Of a DNA stretch of 64,000 bases, positions 52,152 to 64,000 are shown piece by piece. Source of the stretch: Azolla caroliniana (taxonomy: Eukaryota > Plantae > Polypodiophyta); NCBI GenBank assembly GCA_043228905.1, contig JBHGNT010000016.1:7006001-7070000 (forward strand), given 5' to 3'. The notes beneath the pieces are model-generated. The model ran no database searches. It had not been told where the DNA came from and was given only the letters and a program-made list of their open reading frames with translations. Every line of letters begins with the position of its first letter. The first letter of the stretch is position 1. The position numbers were made by a program, and so were the translations under genes.

Positions 52152-52626
52152 TCATACACACATACATTACTCATACATACATACATACATACATACATAC
52201 ATCACATACATAACATAACTTACATACATTGTACATACATCGCATATATACATACATCGCATACATTCATACATACATACATCATGTTCATCACATGCAG
52301 CACATACATAACATAACATACATTCATACATACACACATCATGTTCATCACATGCAGCACATACATAACATAACATAACATACATTCATACACACATCAT
52401 GTTCATCACATGCAGCACATACATAACATAACATAACATACATTCATACATACACACATCATGTTCATCACATGCAGCACAGACATAACATAACATACAT
52501 TCATACATACATACATCATGTTCATCACATGCAACACATACATAACATAACATACATTCATACATACATCATGTTCATCACATGCAGCACAGACATAAGA
52601 TAACATAACATAACATAACATAACAA
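52152..52626. repeat. Minisatellite of ~52-60 bp (about 6 copies) embedded in (CATA)n/(CATAA)n
   Basis: The core CATCATGTTCATCACATGCAGCACA recurs, separated by variable microsatellite tracts. Confidence 0.9.
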
Positions 52627-52629
52627 TAG

Positions 52630-53235
52630 GGATTGCATTGAGTCTCAACCGATATGGCGATGTATCCTTAGAATTTTCATTAATTATTTTCCCCCCTGCC
52701 GGTTTTCACTTGGGGCATTGGTGGTTTGGACATCACTTTGTCCGTGATGCGTTCTATTATGACACCGACTCTATGGACCATGGGTTTTACACCAGATATG
52801 GAAGCGTTCATACATTACCATTGCTGTCATTACAATTTTCAGGAGTACGGAAGGAAGTCCAGCCAGTATGGGGGAGATACTGAGTAAGTAGTACCATTGT
52901 ATATCACATCTGGAAGACTCGGTGCTCTCTCGTTTTCCATCGACTTAAAACACCACCAACTGAAGTGGTTTCAAATATTTGGTTAGGCATAGTTCATACT
53001 TTGAAGGGTCAATGGGATGGTATAGTTGGAGATTCTGAGGCTAAAATTGTTTAACGGCATGAGTTCCTGATTATCTGGTCAGCTACTCCATTCGTGACAA
53101 CCAATTACGACACTCCTTATTGGCATTTTCAACTGCCGAAATGGTTATTTCCCCTGCCGATCACATAGAGGTTTAAAATCTTGTAAAATGTTTATACTAA
53201 TGACATGATATCTTTTTATAATAATAATAAAAGAA
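52630..53235 (+). mobile_element. 5'-truncated L1 3' end of the same family as 37330-40348
   Basis: Close similarity to ~39140-39635 (TATGACAC...TCTATGGACCATGGGTT...GGTCAATGGGATGGTATAG) and an A-rich tail. Confidence 0.85.
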
Positions 53236-54774
53236 AAACATAACATAACAATAGCATAGCATACATATTGATATATATTATACACAAAACATGCATAACA
53301 TAGCATAGCATACATACACACACACACACACATAACATGCATAACATAACATAACATACATACATACAAACAAACATACATACACTTGTCCTTCTCTTTC
53401 AATCACACTTTCTTTTTTTATCCCATCCTTGCCCCTCCTCCCCTACCGGAACGAAACCGACGAACATCAGAACCTTGTTCGAATTGTAGCTTCGGTGTGG
53501 CGTGACCCAACGAAACCCAGATCTTGTGCATTTTTTTTAAAATGAGAGTTTGACACGTTTTGAGGCTACAGTTTGTATGTTTCTATTTTTTTTTATCATC
53601 GATGTCTTTGTGTGATGATGACCATTGTGCGAGAAAGCATTGCAAACAAATTCTTGCGAATTGGAAGTAATGTTTTTTTTTCTCTTACTCGAGTGAACTT
53701 CCCGTCGACTACTTCACATTTGTGTTCTTTTGTAGATGCCCTTCCAAAACCCACACACTTCGTTTGTGTGTATATTGCCCACTTCCAATGTTTCCATTGT
53801 GTGTGTTTGCTTGTGTTATCTTATTGGAACACTTTTTCATCCTCAAAACATGCCAACACTCCATTCCAAACACATCACCTCTATTAAACATTTTGGGCCA
53901 AGGAAATAAAATAAAAGCAATAAATCACAAGAGGAGAGGATTATCACTCAATAAATTACCCGTCAATTGTTGCCAATCAACCAACATGAAGAGAGGGAGA
54001 GAGATTAAGAGTGCATCAAAAACACACTTTTTTCACATGAGCACCCCCTTCCAAACTACACTTTATTCATGTAAATACCCTTCCAAAGCGTGCTTATTTT
54101 GTTCGTGTGAATGCTTTTCTCTCTAAGATAATCTCCTCCATTTCAGCGGATCACGTTTTCTATGTGTTAATGTCCATTACCAAAGCACATTTGCTTCATG
54201 TTAATGTGCCCATCTCGAACATACTTTCTTCATGTGACCGCATGTCAAGGCTGGAGACCCTTGGCTAAGAAATTAATTAATACATGATTGATTAAAAAAG
54301 TGGCAGGCAAAAGACACTCACACTCGTCACAATTACCCACTCATGAGTGAGTCATTTGTTGTCATGAGATGATCATAATACCTTTATCATCATCATGAGA
54401 TAAAAAACATGACCTATGGAGTTGTACCAAAAAGAAAAATTGCATCACAAGCGAGCAAGATTGTGTGCGTGCGTGCGTGTTTGTGTGCTTGCACATGTGC
54501 ACAATGCAAGAGAGGATAAAGCTATCCTTTGGTATGTACTTCCAACATTGTCTTTTGTTGAACACTCCCTCCTCCTCCATTTTTGAGGAGAGCCTTTCCA
54601 CGATAGCTTTCTAAATATCCCTCTATGTTTTTGGCATGGCGCATTGGTTTTTTCTTTGAGGGTCTAGAACGGATCACCTTCCCAAAGTTGCCCCTCATCC
54701 TTCACAAATTGTGTTTTCTTACAAATGGACCTTTTGGGAATTATGTGAATGCTCTTTCTCGATACTTTTTTTTA

Positions 54775-55087
54775 GGGAAAAGTACTAGGATACCCTTGGA
54801 AGTTCGTCTATTTACCAGAATGCCCTTGGAAGTTCCAAATTTACTAAACTACCCCTATGGCCAAAAAATTACATGTTATAAAGTAATTATACACTCAAAT
54901 ATTTGGTAAATAGGGCTAGTTCAGGTCCATTTCTTCCATCTTTGGTAAATAGGGCTTGTAGATTTGAGTCTATAATTACTTTATAAAGTGTATTTTTTTG
55001 GACATAGGGGTAGTTTGGTAATTTTGGAACTTCCAGGGGCATTCTGGTAAATAGACGAACTTCTAGGGGTATCCTGGTACTTTTCCC
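54775..55087. mobile_element. Mutator-like (MULE) MITE, 313 bp
   Basis: Long TIRs of >100 bp (GGGAAAAGTAC...GTACTTTTCCC) and a 9-bp TSD TTTTTTTTA (54766-54774 and 55088-55096). Confidence 0.88.
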
Positions 55088-55149
55088 TTTTTTTTATAGT
55101 TTATTAAGAGTTTTTGAAATATTGGCCACTTTTTTTATCGTACTTCCTC

Positions 55150-55392
55150 CAAAATTAGGCCACATTAAATTTTTTATGAAGTTTAAGTACAATTGCTATC
55201 AACCTTCTTTAAGGAGGTAGAGAGAGGGAAGGGGCAGGGAGAGAGAAACATTGTTGTTTTGAGATCATTAGAATGCGAGTTTGACAGAGCAATGTGGCAT
55301 GTAAAATTGGAAAGGCGATTTCTTCACAGTTAGGCCACATGGCAATTTTGATGAAGATTATGTACAATTACTATCAACCTTCTTTAAGGAAG

Positions 55393-55437
<45 letters not shown>

Positions 55438-55625
55438 GTCAGTTTGTTTGGAGATCGTGAGATTGTGAGTTCGATACACCGATGTGGCATGTAATTTAGG
55501 AAACGCGATCTCCTTCAGAATTATGCCACATGATAACTTTGACACCGGTTCTTTAAGTAGAAGAGGGAGTGGAAAGATTTGTCGGTTGTGAGTTTGACAT
55601 AACTGATGTGGCACGTAGTGTTGGA
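55150..55625. repeat. Degenerate ~180-bp tandem repeat, about 2.5 copies
   Basis: Recurring TTAGGCCACAT, TACAATT..TATCAACCTTCTTTAAGG, GTGAGTTTGACA and ATGTGGCA blocks. Confidence 0.65.
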
Positions 55626-58289
55626 AAAGTACAAATGGGTTGTAAAGGTGGAGATCCGAATGCAATATATTTTATTGATAGCTTGAATAGTAAATTGATT
55701 AGTCCATAACCTAGGTAAGTAGCATGTCATGTAGTTCAAGAAAAGTTATATATGGTTTGACGTACAATGATATGTTGTGTAGTTTAGGAAAGTGATAAAC
55801 GTGTGAAAGTCAAGATTTAAACCCAAAGCCTATGTATTGGTGTTTAAGTAGCTTACCACTAGGGCAAATAAACAAAATAACCTCTTATTTTGCTGCAAAC
55901 AAGAGAAGAGATGCACCATATATACGTTTGAAAGATGCAACCAAGTGGAAAATATTCGATAATGGACAAAAAGTTGCCAACAAGAAGCATGAATTCAAAG
56001 ATGTACATACCAACAAAAATAAGGTAGACATTAATTAGTTAGGAACCATTGACGAGCAAAACAATCGCTAAGCTCTTCAATTGTTCACTTATAAAATTAG
56101 AAATTCCTAAGTACCGAGAGTGGTCATGAATATGGTTAATACAATAAACCTAATTAAAGCATAATCAACTTATGGTCAAGGTCCCTCTTCACGTGGTTCT
56201 CTGCAAAAAGCACTTTCAAGGTACTCCATCATCATTGCTTCCACTTATATTTGTGAAATCTTGATTAGGTAGGGGTTTACATGATATCCGAAAGTCGACA
56301 TAACAACAATATGTATTGATCTTCCCAAGAGATTTCTAATCCTCTTTAGATTGTAAAATGTGCATGTCATGGAGTATCAACAAGTTTACAAGTTCTCAAT
56401 GTCAAGGCCAATTTTATTCAATCATTTTCTCATCTATGACTAATGACCACCATGTACTTCCTCTTTCTTATACTACCATAGTTTCCTTTGATTTTATGAA
56501 TGCCTTACATATGAAGGTTTTTGCGGATTAGATGGAATAAGTTGAATCATTACTCTAAGCCCCCTTTTGTTTAGGTCCAATTGATGATGCACATTGTCTA
56601 TAATAGTGTTTCTAGTTCACATTATTGTCTCTCATTTAGGACTAAGCATGAATAGAATATTGGTTTTGGACATATGCAACTACCTCTTTGCATACGCAAC
56701 ATTATGTGACCTAGGTCTGATAAGCATTTGAGCCAAAAATAATTTGTTGATGGATAGAGTTGAACATACCTTTCGTCTATCTAGGTTGCATTAGTAGTGT
56801 TGCCCTTGCCAATGGGGTTTTGTTTAAGTTGTTCCATTAGTGTCTTTCCAACATTTTGATACCGAACTTTATTTCTTTTGAATTGCGCGTTGTGAAATAA
56901 TCTGTACACATAATGTTTTTAGCATCAACGAGATGGTATAGCAAATCATGTCTAAAAAGGGCATTTGGTCTCAAAACTTGTGATGTAGTTGGTTGGCCTC
57001 TACTCAATTGCCATTTGAACAAACAATTTAGGACTCTACAACAACAATGTGATTCCAGGGTTCCAATGTGGTGTTAGTATCCAATGGCCAAGTACCTTTT
57101 GTAACTTTATATTGTAATTTAATACAATATCAGTTAAGATAGAGAAAAGTATTTCTTTATGTAAACATCACATTACAAGAACAAAGTGGCTTCCAAATGT
57201 TGTTGGCCTTTGCTAAAAATGGCACTGGAAGAACTTGGGGATTTTAGGACCCCAAGTTGATGTTAGTATTTAGTGATCATGTGCCCTTGTTATGTTTTAA
57301 TACAATATCCTTTATGGGGGATAATAGTTTCTTTGAGTAAACATCCCTTACAAAATTACACTTTAGTCATGCAACCAAAGCACGCTTCATTCATGTGGAA
57401 ATCCATTATGAATTGTCTTCTTCGTGTCAACATCCCTTGTAGAGAACATTTTCGACACCCCCTTACCAAGCAAAGGATTTCTGTGTGGGCACATTGTTAA
57501 GTAAAGACCGTTAAGTCTAAGAAAGTAATAATCTATATGTGGGAGAGGCAACAACTATCTAGTTGGTGTCTGGTAACATGGATGTTCATGAGCTTTGGGT
57601 CAACCTACTTGTTGTTGTCTTCCTTAGGCTATTTGTATCTTCTTGTTTGTTATCTAATCATCTGGTTGCCTACAATTTAAAGAAACTAAAAATGTTCAAC
57701 TTATAATATACATTATATATAATGTTATTAGCATAATGACACCTTTTAACCCATTCTATTATGTAAAAGACGCTAAAAAACATTGCACTTTCTATACCAA
57801 CTTCTTGTATATTAAATAGTAAGTACAAATTGGTGTAGTGTGTTCTTTTTTCTTCCTTCCATGGGGCACATCGAATAAACTCACTTTCAAGTACATACAA
57901 TGGGAGAGAAGATCATCATGTTGTCCTTTGAATATCTCTATTACTTTGTACTCTTTAATATGGGAGTTATCTCTTTGTCCATTTCCAGATCTAGAGTGAG
58001 TGAGTTCATATGTACAAAATATTGTCCTCTCTGGCAAATGCAAATTTCCCATCAATGCATTTAATTTGACTCTAATATTACATATTCCCTTCGTTTTACA
58101 AAACAACATGGTTTTTGTTTGTTATTCATGAACAAATAATTTGTTCATCAATGGATATGTATACCGTATAACTTTTTCATTAAAGTGTGGAACTATCTAT
58201 TATTCATGCAACCTGATTATTGAATATTGTGGTGACCTTCAATATTGAAACATTTAATGCACTACTTATGCATGATTTTAACTTTGAAA

Positions 58290-58840
58290 TATGCCAACAA
58301 TACCATAAGGCGAAGCTTATGATGCCATAAAATGCTTCAAAAAGATGAAAGACAATGGCATTTCCCCAAATGTTGTCACTTTCACATGCATCTTAAAAGC
58401 ATATGGTATTGTTGGCTCACTCTCATGTGGAAAACACATTCATGATGAGATTATGAATGGAGGATATTGGGGTAAAGATGTGATTCTTGGAAATGCTTTG
58501 ATTAATATGTATGGTAAATGTGATAATCTTTCGAAAGCAAGAGAAGTACTTCATGAGCGTCTAATTCGAAATGTCGTCTCTTGGAATGGTATGATGGGAA
58601 GATAGGTTCAACAAGGAAAGGATATAGAAGAATTAAGCTGGATTGAGAATGAAAACCAAAGGATTCTCTCTAGATCCGATAACATTTTCTTGTTCATTGG
58701 CAACTTGTGCTAACTTAAAAGAACTTAGAAAGGAAAAAGAAATTCATGATGACATTGTTAATACGGGTTTGCTAGAGAAAAACGTTATCCTTGGCATTGT
58801 TTTGATGTATATATATGCCAAATGTGGCATGTTGAAAACT
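58290..58840 (+). pseudogene. PLS-type pentatricopeptide repeat (PPR) pseudogene fragment
   Basis: GISPNVVTFTCILKA, GNALINMYGKC, RNVVSWN and IYAKCGML motifs, with an in-frame stop at 58603-58605 and a frameshift. Confidence 0.85.
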
Positions 58841-58847
58841 TTGGGAT

Positions 58848-58940
58848 TGTTAAGAATTAGGTAAGTAATTAAGCAAGGATTAAGTAGTACCTAATTATGT
58901 GACTAGTTAAGCGCGGAAGATTATGTGATATGTGTGTGTA

Positions 58941-59035
<95 letters not shown>

Positions 59036-62000
59036 CACTTATGAACAACACAAGATGGGGGATGAGTAACTATATCAAATTAGCATTATCATCATCAAAT
59101 CCAAAAATACCCACAATGAGGTATATATACATCTCATGTGCAAAGGTGCACATGTGTGAGTAAAATATAGGTACTAATGTGTAAGTCCTATATTAAATGT
59201 ACTTAGGAGTGGAGGATCTAGAATATCCCACTTAAGTACAAGGTCCTATTTAAAGTGTTATAGTCAACACTTCTAACTAGATTCTATCTAGGTAACTACG
59301 AAGTTACATTGTTGACTAACTAACTAAACTAAGTTGAGCTCGATCTCTCAACACGCCCCCTCAAGCTCAAGTGTGAGGCGTCCAACATCCGCCTTCGTCG
59401 GCTTTGTGTGCTTCCGTCCGGCCTTCGGCTTTCTTCGCCATGGCAATCTCGGTTCCTCCCCCTCAAGTCGGTGACGAAGGCTTTTAGTGTGTGGCCGAAG
59501 GTCGACTACTTCCACCCATCGTGGGTTACGAGCCGCTTCGGTGGAGCTCTTGGGTTCTTGTTCGGCCGTTACCTTCATCGCGAAGGCGTAATGATGGGCC
59601 AGATACTTGTTGTAGCCGTGTCAAGTGACGGGGTTCTTAGCTCTAGATGAGCGTCAAAGTTTTTCGCTCGCCGATGTGAGTGCCTTCTTTACTCTGGGTG
59701 TACGCATGATGGGTACACCAAACTCATTGTCTAGTGAGGGAGCCGATTAATTCGAATCATTGTCGTTTGGGTGGTTGACTTCGTATTCAGGCATCTTACC
59801 TTTGCCTTTGTCCAAGTTCGTTCTTGGCCGCGATGTGCTTGGGTCACGTGGGGGCTCTTGTGGCCCACTAAGCTTTGCCATAATCCGACTTTCTTCGAAC
59901 ATGTGTTCGAAGCGATCTCCATCTTCTACCTCTTGTTCGACGTAATCTGCATCGAGCGTAGTCAGAGTCGAAGAGGTCTCTGGTGCGTACCAAGATGCGT
60001 ACTCGTCGAAGACTACGTCTCGACTTACGCGAACTTCTCGCGTCGACGGGTTGTAGCACTTGTACGCCTTCTTCTCGGACGAGTATCCTACGAGGATACA
60101 TCTCTCCGACTTCGCGTCGGGCTTCTGTCATTGTTTGTTCGGGATGCGTACATTCACAATGCTTTTGAACACTTTGAGATGCGACAGGATTGGCTTCCTT
60201 CCAACAATGAGCTCATATGGAGTTAGCTCATGCACTCCATTCGTGGGGCATCGATTCATGAGATAGATGACCGTAGATGCCGCTTCGGCCTAATAGAAGT
60301 TCAACATGTTTTTCTCATGTAACATGGCTCGTACTACCTCAAGTATTTGCCGATTCTTCCTTTCGGCTACTCCATTTTGTTGGGGTGTGTGTTGGCATGA
60401 GAATGCTCTACGAATGCCTTCACTTTGGAGGTAGGAGGTGAATTCATCGGAGAAGTACTCCTTGCCTCCATCCGATCGTAGGCATTGAATGTGCCGACCG
60501 GTTTCTTTTTCGACTTGCCCCTTGAGCTTTTGGAAGTGAGAGAACACTTCACTCTTCTTCTTCATTGGGTAGATCTAAGCGTAGCACGAGTAGTCATCGA
60601 TGAAGGTTATGTAGTATCGGCATCCGCCGATCGTCGGCGTTTGAGCCGGTCCCCATACATCCGAGTGTATGACGTCGAGGAGGCCTTTGCTTGCGTAGCT
60701 CTCCTTCGGGAATGGGAGTCGATGTTGTTTGCCGAGTTGACACGCTTCGCATAGTCGGTCGACTCGTTTCGACTCGAATGTCAGAAGTCCGATGACGACT
60801 CCCTTGGTTTGCATCGCTCGTAGCCGTTGGAGGTTTATGTGGCCGATTCTCTTGTGCCACAACTCGATGCTTGTCTCGGTTTTGAGACCTTTGGCGTACA
60901 TTGCCGATTTCACCTCGTTCAAATCGAGGAGGAGCATTTAGCCTTCTCTCCGCCCCTTAGCTACAACTCGACCATCTTTCTCGATGAAGCATCCTTCTTT
61001 GTTGAAGTGGACTTGCATGCCTTGCTCCACGATTTGGCCGACCGAGACCAAATTCTTTGTTATTGTGGGCACATGCAAGACATTCTTGATGCAAGTTTGC
61101 TCGCCTTCTTTCCCGAATGGGACATTGCTGATGTGCCGAATGGGGTGCGTTGTGTCGTCTCTCATCTCTATGAAGCCGGGTCGATCCGGGTACGCAAGTC
61201 ACGAAACCACTCTTCGTGAGATGTCATGTGATGTGAGGCGCCAGAGTCGACGAACCACACGTCTTCCGAGTTGGAGGTGCTTGCGGAGTTAAAGGCCGTC
61301 ATAGAGTTCGCTCTATGCCTCGTTACGAACATTCCTCCACGGTTGCTGTAGTCAAAATTTGGGGCGTAATTTGTAAACATTTCACTACGATCGTCGTAGT
61401 CGGAGTTCGACGCGTGATTCATGAACATTCCGCTATGGTTGTCGTGGTCGGAGTTCGATGCATGGTTTGTGAGGTGTCGACTTGTTGAAGCCGACTCACT
61501 TCTCTTTTTCCGACACTTTGCCTCGTAGTGGCCGATTTTGCCACAATAATTGCAAGTTGCGGGCCTCGTTTTCCGACCATGTTCGGCGTGGAAGCTCCCC
61601 ATTCTTCCGAAGGTTCCTCGATGGCTTCCGTGAAGGTTTGATTTCCCTTCGTGTGATGGGTCAAATTGACCTCTTTTACCGCCGTGATCTTCTCCTTGGC
61701 CACCGTCCGAATTCGAGAAGAACATTTGTCCTTCTGACGTCTTGCTTTTGGTTCGGACAGACACGGTTCTCTTTGACCAATAACATTGATTGGAGGTCAA
61801 AGAACGAAGGAGGGTTTTCTCTCGCCAATATTGCTGTCCGTAATGGATCGAATCGTTGTGCGAGGCCGCCGAAGCATACTTGGAACCATCTCGTCTTCGT
61901 CGACGTTTATTTTGATGGAGCCGAGCGAGTCGCAAATGCTCTTGATCTTGGCGGTGTAGTCCGACACGGACATGTCTTTTTGCCGAATGTTGTTCAAATC

Positions 62001-62941
62001 TTGTCGGAGTTGAAGCTTTCGGGTGGTAGTGTTGGCGGCGAACATTTTCTTTAAGTTCGCCCATGCTTCTTTAGGCGTCTCGGTGTCTCGAATGTGGCTA
62101 AGCATGTGGTCGTGGACCCATGTTGCCAAGCAATACATGACTCGACTCGTCACTTGCTCCCATGTTGTGTAGTCGGCGTTCTTTGAGTCGGGTCGATTTT
62201 CTTGAGCGTCGTTGATGTAGCTCCAATACCCTTGGTCGACAAGGTATTGGGTCATCTTGTACTCCCAAGATGAATAATTGCTCCGGTCTAGCTTTTCACT
62301 AGGGAGCGAGCTACCTATTTGTGTGTTCATGTTGATTGTGTCTTCTCTTCTTTTGTTTTTCTTCCTTTGATCACGTACACGTGCTACGTAGTGGCACTAC
62401 GGTAGCCGATAGCTGGATTTTATCGTCGGCGTCTCGAACACACAATCACGGAGTCAGATGGGCTTAGTGGAATTTCTAAACCACATGCTCTGATACCATG
62501 TTAAGAATTAGGTAAGTAATTAAGCAAGGATTAATTAGTACCTAATTATGTGACTAGTTAAGCGCGGAAGATTATGTGATATGTGTGTGTATGTGTGTGA
62601 GAGGAAGAGAGAGAGAGATATATATACTTATGAATAACACAAGATGGGGGATGAGTAACTATATCAAATTAGCATTATCATCGTCAAATCCAAAAATACC
62701 CACAATGAGGTATATATACATCTCATGTGCAAAGGTGCACATTGTGAGTAAAATATAGGTACTAATGTGTAAGTCCTATATTAAATGTACTTAGGAGTGG
62801 AGGATCTAGAATATCCCACTTAAGTACAAGGTCCTATTTAAGGCGTTATAGTCAACACTTCTAACTAGATTCTATCTAGGTAACTACGAAGTTACATTAT
62901 TGACTAACTAACTAAACTAAGTTGAGCTTGATCTCTCAACA
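58848..62941 (-). mobile_element. Ty1/Copia LTR retrotransposon, RT/RNaseH-deleted derivative (4.1 kb)
   Basis: LTRs at 62499-62941 and 58848-59353 (TG...CA), TSD GGGAT/AGGAT, Met-tRNA PBS TGGTATCAGAGC (62498-62487) and PPT TGAGGGGGCG. Encodes gag with CNYCGKIGHYEAKC, protease FVDSGASHHM, WHKRIGH and integrase LRSDGGKEY...QNGVAERKNR. Confidence 0.95.
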
Positions 62942-63559
62942 AGGATCATGCAATTGCAAGGCAGTGTCATGACTTGAGAGCAGGAGGGAGAAAAGAAACA
63001 AAGAAATCTTAACGATTTCTAAGGCCAAAATTGGCCCATGAGACAACTGGTGTACAACAAAATGGGGTATTTATCCAATAATCAAAACTAAAAAAATAAA
63101 ATAAAAATAGAACTTAAGCTAAAAGAGTTCTAGTATTGTACAAACGTGGTATGATGTAACACATTCGATAAAGGAAATGACTTTGCACTAAGCCTAATTT
63201 AATTTCCACCCAAGCCTCTTGAAAAGAAGTGGGAGGTCAAAGGGTTTCGGTGTGGGCGTGACTCGTGGTCCCAGTGTAGAGAGTGCCCAAGCCATGGCTT
63301 CTATGCGACATAGCTCACTTTCCATTATTTTCTTAATTGCTAATACACCCCGTCGAGTTACTTTGAAACCCGACATCCGAGGTTGTTTGGTTCTTCTTTG
63401 GTTTTCTGCTTCATCAAGGAAGAGGCTGAGTGGTGCAGGTGTGTCAACATTTGTTGTCTCCCCATGTCCCTGAAAAACTTCATTTGTTACATGTTGGTGA
63501 ATATTAGAAACATTATTGTCATTATTTTGTAGCTTATTCTCTCTGTGTTGTTTTAGCTC

Positions 63560-64000
63560 TAGGATATATCTGCCTAATTTCTTTATATCTAGAGTATCTA
63601 ATATTTTGGGGAGGGTGGGAGAGGAATCAAGTATGTCTCAATATTTTGCCCTAATCTCAACATAAGTTTGACACTTGCATGTAAAGTGATACTCATCCTC
63701 TATCTCTATGTGACATAGTATACATATCCTTTCCTCTCTAGGAACTCCATTGGTACGACCATTCTCAATCTCAAGTTGGTGAGATGATATTCTAAGTTGT
63801 CCAATGGCAACCATTAGTGTATTTGGTAAGAATGCATCTAGATATTTTGGCCATGTAATAAAACCTAACTTAGAGAAGTGCATGAAGTGTTCCTTAGATC
63901 CATTTATACCGAGTGTAAATTTGCCATATTTCTTGGCGTATTACTTTATTACGATCCTCGTGAGATATTAAAGTGTTATCAATCACGCGGTTGTACCTAA
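63560..64000 (-). mobile_element. Non-LTR retrotransposon ORF2 C-terminus (RTE-X/L2-like), running off the window edge
   Basis: QLRISSHQLEIENGR...ERICILC...EDEYHFTCKC. Confidence 0.75.

Noticed and set aside
52270-52600. CRISPR-like array (constant core with variable spacers)
   Set aside because: The spacers are just CATA/CATAA microsatellite, the context is eukaryotic, and there are no cas genes.
55700-58250. Genes or a classifiable TE in this AT-rich stretch (likewise 40400-44200 and 45500-49000)
   Set aside because: Only short ORFs without motifs; probably old TE debris that I cannot assign.
59408-62054. Plus-strand ORFs inside the Copia
   Set aside because: These are antisense shadows of GC-rich gag/pol with no recognisable motifs.

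Overview
Eukaryotic land-plant nuclear DNA; the PPR style and Tcn1-like chromoviruses suggest a fern or other seed-free plant (inference). Host genes: first coding exon of a plastid-type phosphatidylglycerophosphate synthase (-), Golgi alpha-mannosidase II (+, 4 exons), a small secreted Cys-rich protein (-), a TRM/LONGIFOLIA-family protein (-, 5 exons), a DUF620 protein (-, 3 exons) and a PPR pseudogene. The rest is mostly transposon debris: an L1 LINE split by two unrelated chromodomain Gypsy insertions (one lacking RT, one scrambled and partly inverted), an RT-less Copia, other LINE fragments, two hAT-type MITEs and a Mutator-type MITE. The most notable observation is that all four Gypsy LTR copies, from two families with otherwise dissimilar LTRs, carry an antisense tRNA-like Pol III A-box/B-box cassette. 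It has the canonical 44-nt spacing and ends about 31-32 nt from the LTR 5' terminus. Both families also appear to self-prime instead of using a tRNA primer.
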